Positions 25,128 to 37,859 of a DNA stretch of 64,000 nt are shown here, one piece after another. How positions within the stretch are numbered: position 1 is the stretch's first letter; each line of letters starts with the position of its first letter. Location of the stretch: assembly GCA_038087875.1 (NCBI GenBank), contig JAXLNO010001347.1, positions 124,001-188,000 of the forward strand, written 5' to 3'. The notes under the pieces are model-generated. The model was not told the DNA's origin, did not search any database, and worked only from the letters and a program-made list of their open reading frames with translations. Both the position numbers and the translations under genes were made by a program. The stretch is from Malacoraja senta. Lineage: Eukaryota.

Positions 25128-28100
25128 CTGTTGGCATATATAGTTCATTTTAAACATTTATTGATCAATTACGACTTTGAAATGATTTTATTATCTACAT
25201 TAAACTAGCATTGTTCACATCTAAATAAAAAGTAACAAAGTCTTAGATTTATGTAATTGTCCAGACGATGGATGTTTAAATAGATCAATGAAAAATCTTT
25301 GAAGTTCATATTAGCGTTGAGATTTTATCTGCAGCATTTAATTATGAATTTAAAGAATCAAACATATGTCAGAAATAAAGATTCAAGATACAAGATATTT
25401 TATTAGTCACATTCACATACACCCGGGTGTAGTGAAGTGAAATGCTTTTTGCCATTATGCAGCACACAAAAAAGAGAGAGAATACAGACACAACACCAAG
25501 ATAGTCTTAACACTGAACATCCCCCCACAATGGGTCCCACCATGAGGGAAGGCACAAAGTCCAGTCCCCAACCCCAGTTCACCCATAGTCGGGCCCATTG
25601 AGGCCTCCACAGTTGCCTCTACGGAGGCCCGATGTTCCAGGCCGTTCTCGCCGGGTGATGTTGTTCCGGCGTCGGGAGAGTCCTCCCAGCGGCCTGGGAA
25701 CCCTGGAACGGCCGCTTCCGCACTGGAGGCCGCGGCTTCCGAAGCCAACAAGGCCGCGCCGGTTGGAGCTCCACAACTGGCGCTCTCATCTAGAGATCCC
25801 AGGCTCCCGGTGTAAAGTTCAGCGCCGCTGCCCGCGGCTGGTCGCTCCACAGTCCCGCAGCTCCGCGATGTTTTCTCCAGCGATCCTCAGCTCACCGGAG
25901 CTCCAGCGTGGAGACCCGGGCAAGGCACCGCCCGCTCCGCGATAGCGCTCCAGCGCTGTGCCGAAGCCGAGGCTCTGGGCGGTACCCGACAGGAAACGCC
26001 GCTCCAGGCCCGCTGGTAGGCCGCGAGGACGGGTCGAAGCTGCAGCCCGGAGAAAAGCTGCCTCTCCGGCCAGGTAGGGACCCTGAAAGGTAGTTTCCCC
26101 CCTTCCCCCCCCACACAAAAAAGTCTAGAACTCCAAAACAATACACTTTACTGACTAAAATAAAAAATAAAGGTGAAAGGACAGACAGCTGCTGGCTGGG
26201 CAGCTGCACACAGGTCAGCGCCCCCTGGTGGTCTATTTGCAGTGTAGAGGTCAACAAGGCTATTTTCTTATGTTGACCATTGTTATTTTAGCAAATAAAA
26301 GTGAACCCATTTATAGTTGATAAAACTTCAAAGGTTTTAAACTTTGCTGATATTTCAATATCTGAGAGTTTGATATTCTCACACACACACACACTCTCTT
26401 TCTCTCCCTCCCCCTCCCCCTCTCTCTGTCTCACACGCATGAGCGCACACACACACACACACACACGCACACTCAGACATTAACACTACTGTCTATTTGT
26501 ACTGACCAGCAATTTTAACCATGTCATCTTGGCCCTGGTGTGAAGATATTTGCAGAGGTCTTGACTGGAACAAATAAGTCAGCTACAGAACAGGTGCTGC
26601 TACTTCAGACTGATAATGGGGTTGGATGTGGCACCACTATTGGCCTTTTGTGCAACTAACTACTATTAAAAAATTAGCTAGATGCCCAAGAAATAAGATA
26701 AGAGACCTTGGCCAGGATCAGCCTATCTTGCTTCCTACATTTGGATGTGTGAGTTAAGGGTGACATAAGAATAATTTTTACCATTGGAGCAGAAGTAGGC
26801 CTTTCAGTCCATTGAGTCTACTCCATCATTCAGTCATGGCAGATCTATTTTTACCTCTGAATCCCATTCTCCAGACTTCTCCCTGTAACTTTTGGCACCC
26901 GTACTAATCAAGAACCTATCATTCTCTGCTTTAAAATATGCAATGACTTGACCCACACAGCTGTCTGTATCAATGAATTCCACAGATTCACCACCCTGTG
27001 ACTAAAGAAATTCCTCCTCATCTCCATTTTGCAAGTACGTATTTTTATTGTGAGGCTGTGCTAGACTCTCCCATTACTGAAAACATCCTATCCACATCCA
27101 CTAACTGGGACTTTCATTAACTGGTAGGTTTCAGAGATTTTCCCCTCATCCTTCTAAATTCCCACGAGTAGAAGCCCAGAGACTTCAAACGTTCCTCATA
27201 CGTTAAACCAGGACATACTTCCTCTGGACCCTCTCCAAAGCCAGCACATCCTTTCTAATATGGAGCCCAAAACTGCTCACAATATTCCAAATGTGTCTTC
27301 ACCAGTGCCTGATAAATCCTCAGCATTATATCATTGTTTTTATATTCTAGTCCCCCCGAAATGAATGCTGGCATTGCATTTGCCTTACTTACCACTGACT
27401 CAATCTGCAAATGAACTATTTGGGAATCCTGCACTACTACTCCCACTTTGTAGCTCAGATTTCTGAATTCTCTCCCCATTTAGTAAATAGTCTATGTCTT
27501 TATTCCGACTGCCAAAATGTAAAACCAGACACTTGCTACACTGTATTCCATTTGGCTCTGCTTTGCCCACTTAGTGGAACTGCTGCCTTACAGCGCCAGA
27601 GACCCGGTTCAATTCTAACTACGGGTCCCGTCTGTACAGAGTTTTGTACCTTCTCCCCCGGACCTGCATGGGTTTTGCCTGGATCTCCGGTTTCCTCCCT
27701 CAGTCCAAAGACATACAGGTTTGTAGGTTAATTGGCTTGGTATAATTGTAAATTGTCCCCTAATAAGTAAGATAATGTAAGTGTGCAGGGATCGCTGGTT
27801 GACGCAGACTCGTGGGCCAAAGGGCCGGTTTCTGCGCTGTATCTCTTAAATTAAACCACATTCCATTGACTATCAATAATTCTGGGCAATTAGATAACCA
27901 CAAATTAATAATGGGTGGCACAGTGGCGTAGCGGTAGAGCTGCTGCCTTACTGCACCAGAGACCTGGGTTTGATCCCGACTACAGGTGCTGTCTGCAAGG
28001 ACATTGTATGTTCTCCCTGTGACTGCGTGGGTTTTCTCCGGGTGCTCCGGTTTCCTCCCACACTACAAAGGCATACAGGCTTGAAGGTTACTTGGCTTAG

Positions 28101-31100
28101 GTAAAATTGTAAATTGTCCCCAGTGTGTTGGTTAGTGTAAATGTACGGGATGATCACTGTTCAGCGAGGACTCAGTGAGCTGAGGGGCCTGTATCTGCAC
28201 CATATCTCTAAAGTCTAAAATCTAAATGCACAGCTTAGTTAAGAGTGTGTTGAGGCTGTTATCTCAGTCCAGGAGGTTTATTCTCTCAAGTGATCAGCCT
28301 CATTGACTTGCCACTTACCCTGTGGAACATTGACTCCCTGCAGCAGAGTTGCATGTTCAATGTAACAGGAGAATTTTGCCACATCTTCTCTACTCAGTTG
28401 AATTGTATTCTTCAGCTGGTAAGTCCCATCCCAATTGGGCAACAGATCACTGGATTCAGACTCGTGGTCTCCCTCACCATCCCTCAGCCACGTTACATCG
28501 ATGGCCCGTGGGTAGAAGCCTGTGACAAGGCAGGAGAGTCTCAGTGATTGTGACCCATCACGTTTAATCCCAATAAACACCTCAGGGGTTTCTGCAAGTG
28601 TAGGAAGCGTCAGAATCAGTGAAGACATGAACAAAAGCCTTCAATTGTAAGATCACTGCAACTCACCTCTTTCCCAATCAGTTTTTTCTCCAGCTGAACA
28701 AAGTTTCCAGCCTAGACCCAAAATGCTGGAATAACTCAGCAGGTCAGGCAGCATCTCTGGAGAGAAGGAATGCCCAGAGATGCTATCTGACCCACTGAGT
28801 TACTCCAACATCTTCTATCTTCGGTGTAAACCATCATCTGCAGTTCTATCTTGCACAAAGTTTACAGCCTTTTCTCTTTTCATTTTGCATTTCTGGCAAA
28901 ACAACAAAACATTTAGTTTCAATATCACTGACATGCTCCTTATCTTAGCACCAGACTTGAACTGACAGCGCAGATGTAAGGGGAATGCAGGCCCAATGGA
29001 GGAGTATAACTCACCATTGGGATTGATACTGTAGACATGATTGCTTCTACTTGTTCATGAATCTCAGCTGAATAATAACACTAAATATTCCAAGAGGGAA
29101 TGGGAGGAAGAAGTTCTTCAACCAGAGAACTGTTGGAAATTGGATGTCACCATCCCAAGGAGTAATAGAGGCAAATAGAGAATCTGATTGGGTTTCTGAT
29201 CAGCACAGCAACAGACACTTCAGGCACAAGGTCAATGCTAAACATAAGACCAAGATACATATCCCTCCATTTCCTGAATATCTATATGACTGTGGATAGA
29301 GGACACTGGTACAATATTTATCTTTCACTTGCACTTCCTACCCACTGGCTCCATCTAAGAGGCACGTTGCCAGACAATTTACTGATACCCACGTCGTAGA
29401 ACAGGGTGGCGAAGCGGTCGAGCTACTGCCTTACAGCGCCAGAGACCTGGGTTTGTTACTACCTACGGGTGCTTGTCTTTACAGAGTTTGTACGTTCTCC
29501 CTGTGACCTGCATGGGTTTTATCCGAGATCTTCGGTTTCCCCTCACACTCGAAAGACGTACAAATTTGTAGGTTAATTGGATTGGTATAAATGCAAATTG
29601 TCCCTAGTGTGTGTAGGATAGTGTTAGTGTGCGGGCAAGGCTGCTCGGTGCAGTCTCGGTGGGTTTCCGCGCTGTATCACTAAACTAAACTAAATAATTA
29701 CTCAAGTGACAGCCTGAAGTGCATGATATTTCCCACCTGATCTATCCAGGGGATATCCTCTGGCCCATCAGTCAGAGTGCCTACGTCGTGTACCTCTCCT
29801 CTGTAGTGCTTCTTGTCCACACTCCAGATATATCCGCAGCCACTTCACACAGTCCTTCTCCAGGAGATCTTTAAAATACTTCTTCATGAAGGTGTTGACG
29901 TTCCACCGATCTGCTAGCATCTGGAAATCTGGACGTAGTGCAATCCAGCGCATTCTGTCCTTGTCAAAAGCACAGGCATCCTCCCCATCATAACCCAGTC
30001 TGACAAACCCATCAGTGGAATTGTCACTGTCCACTTCACAGCCGCAGAAACCCTGCACAAAGCAAACAGCTGGGGCTGAGGTAGGGGTGGAGGATTTGTG
30101 TTGGGGAGAGTGGATGGAAGGGAGAGGCAATTTACAAATCAGTTCTCAGCATGGTACAAACAGGCATAACAGAACACAACATGGAGCTGTACAGCATAGG
30201 AGCAGGTTTAGCTCAGAGATACAGTGCGGAAACAGGCCCTTCGGCCCACCGAGTCCGCACTGACCAGTGATCCCCGCACATTAACAGTATCCTACACAGA
30301 CTACTTTTATTTTCCAGCTTTCTCCACCCTACTCCATCACTCTAAATGGTCCTGGTCTCATATGTTTTCTGTCCATTTTTCCACAGCATGCTGCCTGACT
30401 CGTTGAGTTCCTCCTGTTTGTTTTTAATTCAGATTGGCAGCATCTGCAGTTTGCTGTGACTCCATCTTAGTACAAATGATGATCAATGTGGATTCAGTGA
30501 GCAGAAGGGCCGGTTTCCATGATGTGTGACTCAATGACCCATGGTCTATATACTGAGGGCATGGACTAACCTCAAGTGTTGAGGGGGGAAGCTTTACTGT
30601 TGCGGATGTAACACTAAAGAAGTTTTGCTGTGTCAGAAGGGTAGAACTCAGATTCTGCACTTTCGTACATAAAGAACAGAGGAAGGAGTGCATTGTCAGA
30701 TGGGCAATGTTATACAGTGAACAGGTCAGTCTGAAGGTTAAGGCAATGCAGATGGGTAGTACATCAAGGCTGTTGCACTGTGTGGGATTGCTACACTCTC
30801 TGTGGATTGTTGCCAATATTGAGGGAATGCTGGATTAACAGAATATTATTGTTGAGGGAATACATCATAGTCACCATCAACCAGCTTAATCAAGGTCCCA
30901 TCTCTAGGTGATCAGGCTATAAATAAACTATGGTTTCTCCCTCATTCTAGCCCAATAAAACAGATGATCCAATCCATCCACTTTTTACTGGTGTTAAATA
31001 TCAAATGCTTAACCCATAAAGAGACTATCACCAGCCAACTGTTATCAATGGGTGTTCAGCAGTTAGGATACATTAAATATAGACGATGGGCCGTGTCTCT

Positions 31101-34100
31101 ATCAAAATGTGATGGAGTAAATGTCTGAAACAGCATCAATGGTGCTGAAGTGAAAAAGGTTGAGAGTTTCTGGTTCCCCTACTGCCTCAGGAGACTAAGG
31201 AAATGCGGCATCTCCAATGACTCTTACAAACTTCTACAAATGTGCCATAGAAAGCACACTGACAGGTTGCATCACAACTTAGTTTGGAAAGAGTTCTGCC
31301 CAATACCGCTGGAAATGGCAGGGAGGTGGAGATGTAGCACAGTCGATCACACAAACATGATTCCCCACCAGTGAATCCATCTGTATTTCAACTGGCTCAG
31401 GAAAGCAGACAACATAATCAAAGATTCATCCCGCTCTGGTCATTCCTTCTTCTTCCTGCAGAAGGTACGTAAGCATTAAAGCGTGCACCACCAGACTCAG
31501 TAACTGTTTCCTCCCCTATGTTATCAGGTTTCTGAACAGTCCTCCCTTATGCTAGGGTTCACCTCAACCCCATTGTAGACACTGGACTTTGTCTCTGGCA
31601 CTGGTGCCTTACAATGCTGAGAACTACATTCTGCACTCTTTGCTCTACCTATTGTACGAGTTTGGTTTGATTGTATTTATGAATAGTTTTCTTTGATGTG
31701 ATTGACTAACATGCAAAAAAAGTGTATCAGAGAATCATGTGACAGCAACAAAACTAAAACAAAATCCATTTGTGCCATCACTGGGTGTCTACCCCAGGTC
31801 CGGTCACGACACTTACTCGAGATACCATGTTGCTGTTGGTAGACTATCTCAGCATTTCCTCTGACAATCCCATGAAAACCTGCAACTGTGATGGCCATTG
31901 AAGCCCAGTGATCCTGCGGGAAAGACTGGGCCATCCATCGCTGTCTGGGAATAGCCCGCTCTAGTGTGCCGTCAAAATATGCTATCTGGAGGTCATCCAA
32001 CATTGCTACCATACTGTACTCAGGCAGCTCACTCAATCCATGGTTCAACAGGTAGTAAAATGCAAGATGGTGAAAATCTGCAATGCATAAACAAAAATAA
32101 GTATGATTGTATCATTCACTGAAAATAACTAAGTTATTAATGCTAAAACTGATAACAATACAATAACTTTGAATAAGGGAGTCACAAGGACCTGCAGATG
32201 CAAGTGCTGGAGGAACTCAGTGGGGCAGGCAGCATCAATGATCAGGTGACAATTTGGGTCAGGAGCCTTTAGTTTAGTTTTTAGCTTAGAGATACAGCAT
32301 GGAAACAGGCCCTTCGGGCCACTGAGTCCACACTGACCAGCAACCCCCACACAATAACACTATCCTACACACACTAGGGACAATTTACATTCTACACCAA
32401 GCCAATTAACCTACAAACCTGTACGTCTTTGGAATGTGGGAAGAATCCGAACATCTCGGGAAAAACCCACACGGTAATGGGGTGAATGGACAAACTCCGT
32501 ACAGACAGCATCCGTAATCAGGATCCAACCTGGGTCTATGGTGCTGTAATCGAGATAAGGGAGCAAGTCTACTGCTGCACCACTGAGCCTTCTTCAAGAG
32601 TTGGCATGATGGGCTCTGATACCTACTCCACCAATTATGGTCGAGGTATTGAATGATCCTATTGGATTGTTTCCCATCTTCAAAGATCTATTATTGTCTA
32701 TCATGTCGATAGGTTCTACTAGTTACAATATTCCAAAATGTGAAGAATATTTTATTATATTAAGAAACTGGACAATGTCAAGGAGAATTTATAGAATCAT
32801 AGAGAGGTAAAGTCAAAGAGTCATACAGCAGGGAATCAGGGCCTATGGCTCAACTTGCCACACCAACCAACATGCCCCATCTACACTGCCTGTATTTCAT
32901 CAGTACATAAGGTCTAGGAGAATAATTAGGCCAGTCAGCCCATCGGCCATTCAATCATGGCTGATCTATCTCTCCCTATCAACCACATTCTCCTGCCTGC
33001 ACCCCATAACCCTTGAAACCTGTACTGATCAAGAATCTGTTAATCTCCACCTGAGAAATATCCATTGACATGGGCTCTACAGCTGACTGAGGCCCATATC
33101 CTTATAAGCCTATCTGATTAAATGCTTCTTAAATGTCGTGACAGTACGTGCCTGAACTACCTTCTCCGGCAGTTCATTCAGTACACCCACCACCTTTTGT
33201 GTAACACAGCTACGCCTCAGGTTCCTATTAAATCATTCCCCCCTCATCTTAAACTTATGTCCTCTGGGTACAGCACATTAAAAGGCCCTTTAGCCCACCA
33301 AGTTCGTGGTAACCATCAAACACCTATTTGTACTTGTAGTACGCTAACCCATTTAATATTTGCCAATCTCCCATTAACACCTCCCTCATCCCCTCCACCA
33401 ATTCTAATACATATGCATGATCAATTCACACTGGCCAACTTACCTTTCAGCCCGGCATTTTTGGGACGTGCGGGGAAACTGGAATAACCATAGGAAATAA
33501 CCATGGGGGGGAGGGTGGAGGTGGAGGGTGGAGACTGTAATAAACAGGGCCTAAATACTGGAGTAACTCAGTGGGTCAGGCAGCATCTCCAGAGAAAAGG
33601 AAAAGGTGACGTTTCGTGTCGAGACCCTTCTTCAGACTGAGAGTCAGGGGACAGAGAACCGAGAGATATGAAAAAGTACAATGAAATATATGCACCCCCG
33701 ACTCTGTCTGATGCAGTGTCTTGACCTGAAACTCCACCTATTCCTTTTCTCCAGCGATGCTGCCTGACTTGCTGAGTTACTCCAGCCTTTTGTATCTATC
33801 TTCGGTGTAAACCAGCATCTGCATCAGCAGTCAGAAGAAGGGTCTCGACCCGAAACGTCACCCATTCCTTCTCTCTAGGGATGCTGCCTGTACTGCTGAG
33901 TTACTCCAGCTTTATTGTCTATCTTCGGTTTAAATCAGCTTCTGCAGTTCCTTCTTACACATCTGCATTCCTTCCTACACTTGTCTCAACTGAAACATCA
34001 TCTAACCATGTTCTCCAGACATACTGCCTGACCTGCTGAATTACTCCAGTATTTTATGTGTATTAACCAGCATGTGCAGTTTCTTGTTTCCACACGAACA

Positions 34101-35850
34101 AGCAGTATTTGTTCTGTGATAAAGATTACACGCAGCACACCAGACAGTGCCAAAGTTCATGTGTTTAAGTGAAGTGAGAAGGGGCCCCGAGGGCAGAGTT
34201 AGAAGTGTCTGTTTCAGTGTTACCAGGAGAAACATAAGAAGGCTAAGAGTGCAATAGTAACGATAAAATCCATGTGGCTTCGCAAAACACTCCACAGCCA
34301 AGGAGTTTTGTTTTATATGTTATTATTTCAACACGGCCATCACCATTATATTTACTTCCATCTGATAAGAATGGGATTAAACTTTCAGGACGAGCATCCG
34401 ATTACAGGTTTGTAATCTCTAAGCCTTGACGAATGTCAGAATAGTTAGAAAGGTACCATTGTGTGGGAAGAAATTGCTCATCAGATTCCCATTAAATCTT
34501 TCCCCCCTCAATTTAAACCTATGTCCTCTGGTTCTCGATTCTGTAATCTGTTGAACATCTTGCCCACTTGCAAATTTCCAGATTGAGATTGATAGATTTT
34601 AGTTCATTAAGGGTGTAATGGGCTGGAGTTCGGCCACAATGTCTGTGCCGATCATGATGTCAAGTTAAACTAAACTCTTCATGCTTGTACATGATTCATA
34701 TCCCTCAATTCCCTGCATATCCACGTGCCTATCCTCAAGCGTCTTAAATCTCATTATCGTCTTCTGGGGAAGTGGTGGTGGGGTAATGGATAGGGTCTGC
34801 AGGACAGGAAGCATGCAACAAACAACAAGATGGCAACAACATTAACACAACATTGATTGGTCATTTAATGCAGGCTGAATTTTACCATCATGTGGGTGCC
34901 TAACACCAGCTGAGGAAATCTTGGAGAGGTGGGACACCTACTAATGCAGAAGTCCCTTCTTTATTTAAAGTGCACATCACCGGTTTACCTGAATTCTGTC
35001 TGAGGCATTAGTGCAAGGACAGATTGGACAAACATGGATTGTTTTCTCTTGTATACTGGAGGTTGAAGGGAGACCTGATGAAAGTGCATAACATGGTGAG
35101 AGGCACAGACAGAGTGGACAGCCAGAACCTTTTTCCCAGGGTGGAAATGTTGAAGACCAGAGAACATCACTTTAAGGTTGGAGAAGCAATGTTCAAAGGA
35201 GATGAGCGGAGCAAGTTGTTTTATGTGGAGGGTGGTGGACATCTGTAACGCGCTGCCAGTGGTGGTGGTGATGGTGGCAGATATAACAGTTACATTTCAG
35301 AGGCTTTTGGATAGGTACATAGTTAGGCAGGGAATGGCCAGATACAGATCACATACAGGTAGAGGAGATTAGTTTATTTTGTTCGGCACAGACATTGTGG
35401 GCCGAAGGTAGACACAAAATGCTGAGGTAACAGCGGGTCAGGCAGCATCTCTGGAGAAAAGGAATGGGTGACGTTTTGGGTCGAGACCCTTCTTCAGACT
35501 GAAGGACTGAAGGACCTGCTCCTATGCTGTATTGTACTATGCTCTATGTTCATTATTTACATGTATTCAGTTCTTCTCTTCAATGGATTACCAAGGTAAC
35601 CATAGTATATATAACCTCACAGGAACCTTCACAACTCAGGAATGACCGTTACCCAAAATTATTAATACATTCAATTCAATCATTCAATTAATACATCCAA
35701 GACAATGAACCCAGGGCAAACACAGGGACTGTGCAACAGTAAATAGAATCAGTTTTGTTGTTTCCTCAAAGTTCACAAGTAGAAAGAGCATTGCTTACCA
35801 GACGAGACAGTGGCCACACCGTAAGTGTTGAGTAAGGTAAAAAGAAGCAT
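24901..35850 (-). CDS. Nonclassical MHC class I-like heavy chain gene, 5 coding exons, 362 aa
   Basis: Exons 35850-35799 (52 bp), 32077-31817 (261), 30069-29794 (276), 28591-28319 (273) and 25127-24901 (227) total 1089 bp. They join in one open frame with phase-1 GT-AG introns and give the order leader, alpha1, alpha2, alpha3, TM/cytoplasmic. Confidence 0.93.
25380..26231 (-). mobile_element. Non-autonomous GC-rich retroelement-like repeat with a CTCF consensus at its 5' end
   Basis: Minus-strand 3' tail AATAAAAATATCTTGTATCTTGAATC; 5' end CCACCAGGGGGCGC. Similar to 18770-20002. Confidence 0.6.
26790..27540 (-). mobile_element. Degraded CR1 3' fragment
   Basis: ALVKTHLEYCEQFWAPY in ORF 27255..27479. 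Confidence 0.8.
27915..28225 (+). mobile_element. HE1-type SINE, preceded by another copy at about 27570-27855
   Basis: GGGTGGCACAGTGGCGTAGCGGTAGAG head with the family body and tail. Confidence 0.85.
28319..28591 (-). CDS. Class I exon 4: alpha3 (Ig C1-set) domain
   Basis: ETPEVF...LSCLVTGFYPRAIDVTWLRDG...LLPNWDGTYQ...FSCYIEH. TTGCAG acceptor, G|GTAAGT donor. Confidence 0.95.
29400..29695 (+). mobile_element. HE1-type SINE in class I intron 3
   Basis: Family head, body and (CTAAA)n tail. Confidence 0.85.
29794..30069 (-). CDS. Class I exon 3: alpha2 domain
   Basis: TVCFVQGFCGCEVD...GYDGED...RWIA...DRWN...DCVKWLRIYL...EALQRR. 276 bp using the CCCCAG acceptor; an in-frame alternative acceptor 6 nt upstream would start the exon at 30075. 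G|GTAC donor. Confidence 0.95.
31120..31530 (+). mobile_element. Degraded Rex1/Babar fragment in class I intron 2
   Basis: YCLRRLRKCGIS and, in a shifted frame, YKCAIESTLTGCIT. Confidence 0.7.
31817..32077 (-). CDS. Class I exon 2: alpha1 domain
   Basis: DFHHLAFYYLLNHGLSELPEYSMVAMLDDLQIAYFD...AIPRQRWM...DHWASMAITVAGFHGIVRGNAEIVYQQQHGIS. TTGCAG acceptor, A|GTAAGT donor, 261 bp. Confidence 0.93.
32270..32590 (-). mobile_element. HE1-type SINE in class I intron 1
   Basis: Reverse-complement family copy. Confidence 0.85.
33545..34085. repeat. Cluster of inverted and tandem short Penelope-derived repeats
   Basis: One minus copy (33550-33700) followed by three plus copies with GATGCTGCCTG...GAGTTACTCCAG. 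Hammerhead-like cores at about 33608-33635 (minus) and 33832-33859 (plus). Confidence 0.85.
35799..35850 (-). CDS. Class I exon 1: signal peptide MLLFTLLNTYGVATVSS
   Basis: ATG at 35850, 52 bp, G|GTAAGC phase-1 donor that joins exon 2 to give Asp1. A TTAAATA TATA-like element lies at about 35873-35879. Confidence 0.8.
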
Positions 35851-35949
35851 GTTTAACAGCCGCTTACAGCACTATTTAACCAGCAGAGTAAATGCAGCAA
35901 CAGTAACATAATCTCTTGTACTTTTTTAACAGAACTCTGGTGTGAAGCT

Positions 35950-36022
35950 AATTATTGGTCCATGTGTACACAAACCTGATAACCAGATCCAATGGGAATG
36001 AGACCACTTGTCACTAATTGCC
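35950..36022 (-). promoter_or_regulatory. Class I proximal promoter with X-like and Y/CCAAT boxes
   Basis: Minus strand GGCAATTAGTGAC (36022-36010), then TCTCATTCCCATTGG, then a CCAAT box at 35958-35954. Confidence 0.4.
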
Positions 36023-37269
36023 AGTGAATATAGTTTAAGGATCAGGTTTTATGGTAGGGATTATATTGGTGTTTTAAGGACAACAATTACAAAATCATAT
36101 TTCACATAGCATCTTACAACCGAATAGATGTTTCTCAGAGTATAACTATTTTACAATTCAGAATGCAGTCAATTCCACAAACTAAAGTTTTAGATAAACC
36201 AGATAGTCTACTTTACTGTGTAGGAAGGAACTGCAGATGCTTGTTTTACTGTAGGCAGATGCAAAAAGCTGGAGTAACTCAGCGGGTCAGGCAGCATCTC
36301 TGGGGAAAAGGAGTAGGTGACATTTCGGGAAGGGTCTCGACACAAATCGTCACCTTTTCCTTTTTCCCAGAAGTGCTGTCTGACCTGCTGAGTTACTCCA
36401 GCTTTTTAGAATCATAGAAAATAGGTGCAGGAGGAGGCCATTCGGCCCTTCGAGCCAGCACTGCCATCCATTGTGAACATGGCTGATCGTCCCCTATCAA
36501 TAAGCCGTACATGCCTTCTCCCCATATCCCCTTGATTGCACCAGCCCCTAGAGCTCTATCTAACATTTTTGTGTCTGTCTTTATTCCACTTTACTGTTAT
36601 TGCTTAAGTAATAATAATTGGACAATGCACGTGTAATGATTTCCCTGTCCTTATTCTGTCAAACCACCTCTGCACTAATTCCATGCTTCCAAATTCATCC
36701 TACGTTGGGGCAACCAGAAATGCCCATAATATTCTAAAAGTAGCCTATCTGAAGTTCTATTTTCCGACCAGTCTGACTGTCCCCGATAAAAAATTATCTC
36801 TGCGTGCCTCGTTCCACCTTCTCCTAGCTAACAATGATCTATTCTACATTTTCTTTGAACTACATCTCCTTTGATGTTATTCATTCATACCTTACACTTC
36901 CTTATCTCCGTGTCTCCCTTTCCTCTTCAGCCTGAAGGGACTCAACCAGAAACGTCACCCATTCCTTCTACCCAGAGATGCTGCCTGTCCCGCTGAGTTA
37001 CTCCAGCATTTTGTGTCTATCTTTGAAGTTCCATAAAGCAGCATATAACTTCCTGACTCTTATACTCAATGCTATGAATAGTGTCTTTACCACTCTGGCT
37101 TTCAATTGATTGAAGGCAGAAAGGAGCCAAAGAATTATATAGCAAAAAATCTCTGTGGTGGGACTGGAACAGAATGTTTTTTTTTAAAGCAATAAAATCA
37201 AGGATATTGTTCAATAAAAAAGTAAAATATTTCTTTTCCCGGTATTGTGGGACTGACATATGAGGAAAG

Positions 37270-37690
37270 AATGGACTGACTGGGCTTATATTCACTGGAA
37301 TTTAGGATGAGATGGGATCTTATAGATGCATATAAAATTCTTAAGGGATTAGACAGTTAGATGCAGGAAAAATGTTCCCGATATTGGGGAATCCAGAACC
37401 AGGGGTCACAGTTTACGAGTAAAGGGTAGGCCATTTAGGAATGAGATGAAGAAAAACGCTTTCACCCAGATAGTTGTGAATCTGTGGAATTCTCTGCCAC
37501 AGAAGGCAGTGGAGGCCAATGCACTGGATGTATTCAAGGGAGAGTTAGATCTTAGGGCTACAGAATCAAGGGATATGGGGAGAAAGCAGGAACAGGGTAT
37601 TGATTCTGGATGCTCAGCCATTATCATATTGAATGACAGTGCTGGCTTGAAGGGCCTAATGGCCTACTCCTGCACCTGCTTTCTCTGTTT
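37270..37690 (+). mobile_element. CR1 LINE 3' fragment
   Basis: KNAFTQIVVNLWNSLPQKAVEA and the conserved 3' UTR. Confidence 0.85.
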
Positions 37691-37859
37691 CTAATTAGTG
37701 CTGCAGATGGATTGTTAAACGTCCATTATTTTCAAAGTTCTGCGCCAGTGACTAAAATGCAACAGGTTGTTCATGCCGAGGAATTTGAAGTTCTTAACCA
37801 TTCCCACTTCAGCACTCGCACTTCCGCATTATTGATTCTGACTTCAATGTTTCAATGGT

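Noticed and set aside
25455-26257. Multiple overlapping 85-130 aa ORFs
   Set aside because: By-products of high GC content in a repeat; the same applies to 18809-19422 and to the antisense frames of the Gypsy and CR1 ORFs.
34041-34301. Minus-strand ORF with a hydrophobic stretch as the class I leader
   Set aside because: No suitable phase-1 donor; 35799-35850 fits far better.
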